Source of the DNA: Candidatus Binatia bacterium | GTDB lineage: Bacteria; Desulfobacterota; Binatia; HRBIN30 | Length of the DNA stretch: 64,000 bases | Assembly: GCA_038245295.1 (NCBI GenBank) | Contig: JBBRSP010000004.1 | Span: 96,001-160,000 of the forward strand | Direction of reading: 5' to 3' | In this document: positions 58,405-64,000 of the stretch, in pieces | Layout of the letters: each line of letters starts with the position of its first letter | How positions within the stretch are numbered: the stretch's first letter is position 1 | Position numbers and translations under genes: made by a program | Notes under the pieces: model-generated | Database searches by the model: none | What the model was told of the DNA's origin: nothing | What the model saw: only the letters and a program-made list of their open reading frames with translations

Positions 58405-58410
58405 TCCAGA

Positions 58411-59694
58411 GTGATTTCTCTCGGCAACACGTACACGGAGGTCCTGCGGGCGCTTTACGCGCTCGAGGCACGACGCGGCATGGACCTTACTCTCGGTCGC
58501 ACGCGGACGGTGCTCGAGGCGCTGGGGAACCCGCAGAATCGCTTCGCGTCGATCCACATTGCGGGAACCAACGGCAAGGGATCCGTGGCTGCCATGCTGC
58601 ACGCCATGGCCCTGGCGGCGGGTTTCAAGACGGCCCTGTACACCTCGCCGCATCTGGTCAACTTCACCGAGCGCATCCGTGTCGGCTGGAGCGAGGTCGA
58701 CGAAGCGTCGATCGTAATGTTGGCCAATGAGGTCGTGGCCGCTGCCTCGGACATCAATGTCGACCTGACGTTTTTCGAAGTGACGACAATCATGGCGTTC
58801 TTACAGTTCGCCCGCTCCGGGGTTGAGCTTGCCGTAGTTGAGACCGGTCTGGGTGGACGCTTTGATGCGACGAACGTAATCGACCCGGTGGTCTCGATCA
58901 TCACCAGTATCGGCTTCGACCATGAAGAGTTCCTCGGGACTGATCTCGCTTCGATCGCATTCGAGAAGAGCGGCATCATCAAAACCCGACGGCCCGTTGT
59001 AACCGGTGTTCTGCCTGAGGCAGCCCGGATGGTCGTGGAAGATATCGCCATCCAACACCAGGCGCCGCTTGTCGTGGCCAAAGATCTCGGTGATCACGAT
59101 GTGCCTGTCGCGTTGCGCGGGTTGTACCAGCGGAGCAATGCGGCCATCGCGACGGTCGCGGCGGGGTTGCTGCCCAGCCCTTGGCAGCTCGCTGTGTCGG
59201 ACATCCGCGCCGGCCTTGCCTCTGCCGTATGGCCGGGACGCCTGGCAATCATCGAACGCGAGCCCCTGTTGATCCTCGACGGCGCCCACAATCCAGACGG
59301 GGTGGCGCAACTGTGCGCCGAGGTGCCTCGCCTAGCAGGTCAACGCCGACTCCATCTTCTGTTTTCCGTGATGCGCGACAAGCGCTGGAGGGAGATGGTC
59401 GCGGCCTTGGCCGGCGTCGTCAGCAGCGTGACCGTCACCTCCGCATCGCCCAATCGGGCCGCCGATGTGGACGAGGTCGCTCGCGCCTTCGCCTCGAAGG
59501 GTATCGCGGCGGCGACAGAAAGGGATCCGGCGGTGGCATTTCGTCATCTATCGGCGAGCGTCGATCGTCACGACGGAATCCTTGTCGCGGGTTCCCTGTT
59601 CCTCGTAGGGGCGATCTATCGTCTTTTGTTGAAGGATATAGGGCGCGAACGGCTGTTCGACGCGGCTCACGGATTGCATCCTTTGGTGTGCTAG
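58411..59694 (+). CDS. folC: Folylpolyglutamate/dihydrofolate synthase
   Basis: GTNGKGS, ETGLGGRFDATN, DGAHN. Confidence 0.95.
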   Translation: MISLGNTYTEVLRALYALEARRGMDLTLGRTRTVLEALGNPQNRFASIHIAGTNGKGSVAAMLHAMALAAGFKTALYTSPHLVNFTERIRVGWSEVDEASIVMLANEVVAAASDINVDLTFFEVTTIMAFLQFARSGVELAVVETGLGGRFDATNVIDPVVSIITSIGFDHEEFLGTDLASIAFEKSGIIKTRRPVVTGVLPEAARMVVEDIAIQHQAPLVVAKDLGDHDVPVALRGLYQRSNAAIATVAAGLLPSPWQLAVSDIRAGLASAVWPGRLAIIEREPLLILDGAHNPDGVAQLCAEVPRLAGQRRLHLLFSVMRDKRWREMVAALAGVVSSVTVTSASPNRAADVDEVARAFASKGIAAATERDPAVAFRHLSASVDRHDGILVAGSLFLVGAIYRLLLKDIGRERLFDAAHGLHPLVC

Positions 59695-59709
59695 GGTCTA
59701 ACGCCCTTG

Positions 59710-61923
59710 ATGCGTGTTGCACTGTTTCTTGCCCTGCTGGCCGCCCTCATCCGGATGGCAGCGGCACAACCTCCAGGTCGCTCGTTCGATGACGACCCCG
59801 AGGTCCACATTGAGGCCGACGAGATCACGTATGACCAGAAGGACAACACCGTAACGGCGCGTGGCTCCGTGCAGGTCCGCCGTGGTGACACAGAATTGCG
59901 CGCCGAGGAAGTCCAGATCAACCGCGCCACCAATGAAGCGGCGGCGCGCGGCGGCGTCAGCCTCGCTGATCCCGAAGGCCTGGCTTTTGCCGACGAGATC
60001 AAGATCAACCTGGACGATGAAACCGGCATACTCCAAGGCGTCTCCTTGCATTCGCGGCGGCTTCAGTACTCTCTGACCGGACGGCGGATCGAGAAGTTGA
60101 GCGGCCAGCAGTACTCGGTCTGCAATGGTCGCTTCACCACGTGCAATTGCGAATCCGGGCGCCAGAGCTGGAGTATCAGCGGCGATCGGCTCGACGTGAC
60201 CCGTGAAGGCTACGGCATTCTCCACGGTGGCACATTCAACATCCTCGATGTCCCTGTGTTGTATTTGCCCCGCGCCGTGTTGCCGATAAGTCGGGAACGC
60301 CAGAGCGGTTTTCTGATGCCGCGTGTCGGCTTATCGAATCGCCGCGGTTTCCAGACGCTACTGCCCTTCTACTGGGCGATCAGCAAGAGTCAGGATGCGA
60401 CGCTCGCCTTCGATGTGGAGACGGCGGCGCGCCTCGGTCTAATCAGCGAGTACCGCTATGCCCTGAGTCGTGGCAACCGCGGAACTCTGAGCCTGTCGTT
60501 TTTCAACGAGCGCATCCGCGGCGCGACGGGAGATACACCAGAGAATCGTTGGAGCCTCCTCGGGCGCCAACGGCTGGATATCTCTGCCGGCGGCTACGCC
60601 TACACCGATGCCTCGTGGGTCGGAGATGACGCGTTCTTCCGCGACATGAATACGTACGCGTTCGAGCACGCGGCCAGTGTGACGCGCCGTACATCGCCCT
60701 ACACCTTGTCGAAGGTCGGTTTGGTACAAGGCTGGGATCATCTCTTCGTGCAGGCAGAAGGCACCTATCGGCAAAACTTGACCGGGGGCGACGCCGAAAC
60801 GCTCCATCCGGCGCCGCGGCTAGATCTGGTTGGCCAAATGCCCATGGGGCCATTCATCGCCGACGGAGCGGCGCAGGTCGTGAACTACGAGCGTGGACGA
60901 GGCACGACCGGAGTGCGGGCCGACATCGCCTCGCGTCTGGCGTATGCCCTCCCACTGCAGGGTTGGGGGCACGGGACGGTAGAAGTAGGAGGGCGCGAAA
61001 CAGCCTATTCCTTGGCCGATCGGGAACTCTCACCGAACGCGCAAACCGCCGGTTCGCCGACAACCTTGACCCGTAACCAGACGCGGGAGACCGGTCACGT
61101 CGGTGCTGAGGTGACGACGTCGCTGAGCCGTGTTTACACGCTGGATCAATCAATGTTGGGCTTCGACAAGTTGAAGCACACCGTCGAGCCGGTCCTCAGC
61201 TATCTCTTTGTGCCCAGCGTCGCCCAGGATGACCTTCCACTGTTCGACGGCGAGGATCGCATCAACCACCGCAACCTCCTGACGTACGGCTTTGTGAGTC
61301 GTTTCATAGGCCGGACAACGACCGAGAACGGTGATTCGGGCATCAACGCCGATCACACACGTGAACTGGCGCGATTCTCCGCCATGCAGAGCTACGATCT
61401 GGATCGGGTAATTCCGGCAGAGCGGGCCAAACACGCGACCGACCACTTGTCCGACATCGATCTCGCCGCCCGCATCAACCCCTCGAAGCATTTCTCGTTT
61501 CGATTGCTGGGGAACTACGATCCTGCCTACAGCGAGTTTCTGGCGGCTCGTGTTGGATTTTTCGCCGAGAGCCCATGGGAAAAAGACGCGAGCGAGATGA
61601 GCCGTCGCCTCGGAACGCATACCGGCATCGGTGTCTCGTATCGATTTCTGGCCAACAACCTGGTGCATGAAGTCGACACCAATCTGGTATTGCGAGTTAC
61701 CGACTGGGCCGGCTTTCTATACGCAACGCGCTACAACGTGGCCGACAACAAGTTCCTCGATAACTTCTTCGGCTTGCGGTTGATCTCGCAGTGCGATTGT
61801 TGGGCCATCGATATCGCGGTGACCAACCGTCACAACCCGGCTGAAACCGAGGTCAGCGCTCAACTGACGCTGGTTGGCCTCAGCTCAAGCCAGCACCAGG
61901 TGCGTCACGCCGTGATGCCATAG
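59710..61923 (+). CDS. lptD: LPS-assembly protein
   Basis: OstA-like N-domain, FTTC, RQSGFLMP, CDCW near the C-terminus. Confidence 0.9.
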   Translation: MRVALFLALLAALIRMAAAQPPGRSFDDDPEVHIEADEITYDQKDNTVTARGSVQVRRGDTELRAEEVQINRATNEAAARGGVSLADPEGLAFADEIKINLDDETGILQGVSLHSRRLQYSLTGRRIEKLSGQQYSVCNGRFTTCNCESGRQSWSISGDRLDVTREGYGILHGGTFNILDVPVLYLPRAVLPISRERQSGFLMPRVGLSNRRGFQTLLPFYWAISKSQDATLAFDVETAARLGLISEYRYALSRGNRGTLSLSFFNERIRGATGDTPENRWSLLGRQRLDISAGGYAYTDASWVGDDAFFRDMNTYAFEHAASVTRRTSPYTLSKVGLVQGWDHLFVQAEGTYRQNLTGGDAETLHPAPRLDLVGQMPMGPFIADGAAQVVNYERGRGTTGVRADIASRLAYALPLQGWGHGTVEVGGRETAYSLADRELSPNAQTAGSPTTLTRNQTRETGHVGAEVTTSLSRVYTLDQSMLGFDKLKHTVEPVLSYLFVPSVAQDDLPLFDGEDRINHRNLLTYGFVSRFIGRTTTENGDSGINADHTRELARFSAMQSYDLDRVIPAERAKHATDHLSDIDLAARINPSKHFSFRLLGNYDPAYSEFLAARVGFFAESPWEKDASEMSRRLGTHTGIGVSYRFLANNLVHEVDTNLVLRVTDWAGFLYATRYNVADNKFLDNFFGLRLISQCDCWAIDIAVTNRHNPAETEVSAQLTLVGLSSSQHQVRHAVMP

Positions 61924-61933
61924 TCGACTCGGA

Positions 61934-62956
61934 TCAGAACGATCCAGGAACGGCGAACACATCGCCTTGCAGGTTGCCACCGATGAAGTGAACATTGATC
62001 CCGGCGCCCACCGTGCGATTGTCGCGGAACTCCTCTGCAATTGCCAGCACTCCGTGGCCCGTCGAGGTATCGGCATCGGGGGCAGGTCGGATACGAGTTT
62101 GGCCGACCAGAGTCCCCTGCATCGCGTAATGGAAGATCGACCGTGTCGGTGTCGATTGATTGTCGATCTCGGAAAGCTTCGTATCGGCCCAGCATTGCAC
62201 ATTGAAACTTGCCGAGAGGCGTTGCTCGAATTCGTTGAACACCTCGAATAAGAGGTTCGCCTGCCCAGGCATCGCGTGTTCTATGTCCCCACTGCACGGA
62301 ACGAAAGTCAGCGATGTTTCGACCGGCGTCGTCAGGATCGGATCTGGCGCTTCATCAAAGAAATGATTCAGCAACAGAACCCGGGGGCACGTCGCATACT
62401 CGACGCCGTTCATGAGCAATGTGTTGTCGCCGTTGTTGCCGGGCAACCCGCGAACGGCGATGCCGTGGTACTTTCGCGTGCTGTGCGTGACTCGATCGAT
62501 GATCGTTGCTTCACCGGTGAGAGCGTTGCGCGAGATCGGCGTTTCGCTTTCATTGACGATCAGGCAGCGGAGCTCGCCGGTAAACACTGCCCCGAGGGGT
62601 GGAACTGGTCCTGGATACAACGCGGCTGGGCGATCCGGCGGCGTAATCGGCAGGCCTTGGCTCGCTACCCAAACGCTCGGCTGTAGTCGGGTCAGCTTGA
62701 TCTGAAAGTCGGTCACCGCCCACGAGGGCAATTGCGTCTGCGGGTCGATCGCTCCGTTGATGTAGAAGCAGCGGGCGAACAGTCTCGAACCCGTCGCATT
62801 GCTGATCTGGATGATGGTGTCCTGCGTCTGATCAACAACCACCTTCGGAAAGACAAGCAGCGATCCAGGTTGATCGGTGCTGACCTCATCGGCGACGACA
62901 GTGCCGCAGAGAACAGCGAGAAGGACGACTAGCCAACCAAAAAAAGTCTTTTGCAC
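61934..62956 (-). CDS. Secreted hypothetical protein (paralog B)
   Basis: Signal peptide; shares FNEFEQR.SAS and QGTL.GQTRIR with the upstream gene. Confidence 0.8.
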   Translation of the reverse strand: MQKTFFGWLVVLLAVLCGTVVADEVSTDQPGSLLVFPKVVVDQTQDTIIQISNATGSRLFARCFYINGAIDPQTQLPSWAVTDFQIKLTRLQPSVWVASQGLPITPPDRPAALYPGPVPPLGAVFTGELRCLIVNESETPISRNALTGEATIIDRVTHSTRKYHGIAVRGLPGNNGDNTLLMNGVEYATCPRVLLLNHFFDEAPDPILTTPVETSLTFVPCSGDIEHAMPGQANLLFEVFNEFEQRLSASFNVQCWADTKLSEIDNQSTPTRSIFHYAMQGTLVGQTRIRPAPDADTSTGHGVLAIAEEFRDNRTVGAGINVHFIGGNLQGDVFAVPGSF

Positions 62957-62966
62957 CTACCCGCCC

Positions 62967-63007
62967 AAAAAACAAAAAGCGGGACAGGAGGCAAGCTCCT
63001 GTCCCGC
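62967..63007 (-). terminator. Intrinsic terminator between the two paralogs
   Basis: GCGGGACAGGAG-CTTGC-CTCCTGTCCCGC followed by TTTTTGTTTTTT. Confidence 0.9.
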
Positions 63008-63032
63008 CTTTTGGCGGAAATGATTCGATCGT

Positions 63033-64000
63033 TTACGGCAATTCAGGCGAGAGAACGATGCGATCGGAGAGAGCGCGTGAACCGGTGAAATGCAGGTTCT
63101 CCGCGGATGTTCGAACCCCAGCCGGACCGGTGTAGCTTTCTTCGAGAACGCCGAGGATGCCGTTGGCACGATCACCGCTGGAGACTGCACGAATGCGTGT
63201 CTGACCGGTGAGGGTACCTTGGACGGCGACGTTGAATACAGACTTACTATTGTCGGTGCTGAATGGCCGCGTATCGATGTTCGACAGTTGCAGGTCCTTC
63301 TGGCAAGTGAACGATGTCGAAGCGGAGAAGCGTTGCTCGAATTCGTTGAAGGTCAGGAACTGCAAGGTCGCGCCGCCAAGATCCGCTTCCTGCAGCAAGA
63401 AGTTTTCGCTGCACGGAACCACTGTCAGACGCGAGGTCACGACGTCGTTGGCCGTTGGCTGCCCACCGACGTAACGCAGCGATAAGCTCGCATTATCGTA
63501 GAAGTGGGCCATTTGGATGACGTTGGGGCAACCGGCGTATTCGGCGAGACCTGGATCACCGCCTAGGATGAGTGTCTCGTCTCGATCGTTGATTGTAGTC
63601 GACTCCAAAGCAATCGCATTGTACTTGCGGGCATCAACCAGACCAACGGGCGGTGCGCTGACGATCGTCGCATGACCGGTGAGGTCGCCGCCACCGTTGT
63701 TAGACGGGTTGAACCCCGGGGCCGGCGCGAAGTCGGTTGGGTCAACCTGGACGCACTTCAGCTCGCCGAAGAATGGGTTGTCATTCACAGCGGGGACGCC
63801 CGAAGGGGTCTGATCGGAGTTATTGTTGCTCTGGCCACCGACCGCGTTGCTGTCAGCCAGAGGGAACGTCGGCAGACCGGTTGCGGCGGTGAACGAGATC
63901 GGTTGGCGTTTGGTCAGCGTGAAGCGGAAGTCCTGCTCCGTCCACTGCGGCACGCACACAGAACCGGCGCCGCAGCGCCGCGCGTTGCCGGGCTCCGCTT
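63033..64000 (-). CDS. Secreted hypothetical protein (paralog A), 5' end outside the window
   Basis: Frame open to the window edge; colinear motifs and Cys shared with paralog B. Confidence 0.8.
   Translation of the reverse strand, partial: AEPGNARRCGAGSVCVPQWTEQDFRFTLTKRQPISFTAATGLPTFPLADSNAVGGQSNNNSDQTPSGVPAVNDNPFFGELKCVQVDPTDFAPAPGFNPSNNGGGDLTGHATIVSAPPVGLVDARKYNAIALESTTINDRDETLILGGDPGLAEYAGCPNVIQMAHFYDNASLSLRYVGGQPTANDVVTSRLTVVPCSENFLLQEADLGGATLQFLTFNEFEQRFSASTSFTCQKDLQLSNIDTRPFSTDNSKSVFNVAVQGTLTGQTRIRAVSSGDRANGILGVLEESYTGPAGVRTSAENLHFTGSRALSDRIVLSPELP

Overview
GC-rich bacterial chromosomal window with no CRISPR array, rRNA, transposase or prophage. The repertoire (several LLM oxidoreductases, a DUF1302-type barrel, T/P-linker secreted proteins with dockerin- and cohesin-like modules) suggests Candidatus Binatia or a related deltaproteobacterial lineage; that is inference only. 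Housekeeping blocks: a MoxR/DUF58/DUF4350/DUF4129 cluster, fumC, rph-rdgB-tRNA-Pro/Arg/His, msrBA, an ABC-2 pair, and rimI-argS-SPOR-trpG/D/C/F/B/A-folC-lptD. The most striking signal is a short leader ORF with five consecutive Cys codons inside a complete 1:2 / 2:3 / 3:4 attenuator geometry with an intrinsic terminator (15533-15729, - strand). It lies upstream of a deletion-collapsed sulfur operon (tauD', hypothetical, 'cysK', 'cysE) and is a candidate cysteine-sensing transcription attenuator. Also notable: a CxxC/RAPP arrest-type uORF ahead of a metal porin and SBP; a sigma54-driven 9-heme cytochrome with a long repetitive tether; a YfhL ferredoxin-TM-Hsp20-like fusion; a knottin-pattern lipoprotein and an RHH/Cys-His protein behind an exosortase pair; and dockerin- and cohesin-like modules. 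Family names come from recognising motifs by eye, not from database searches.
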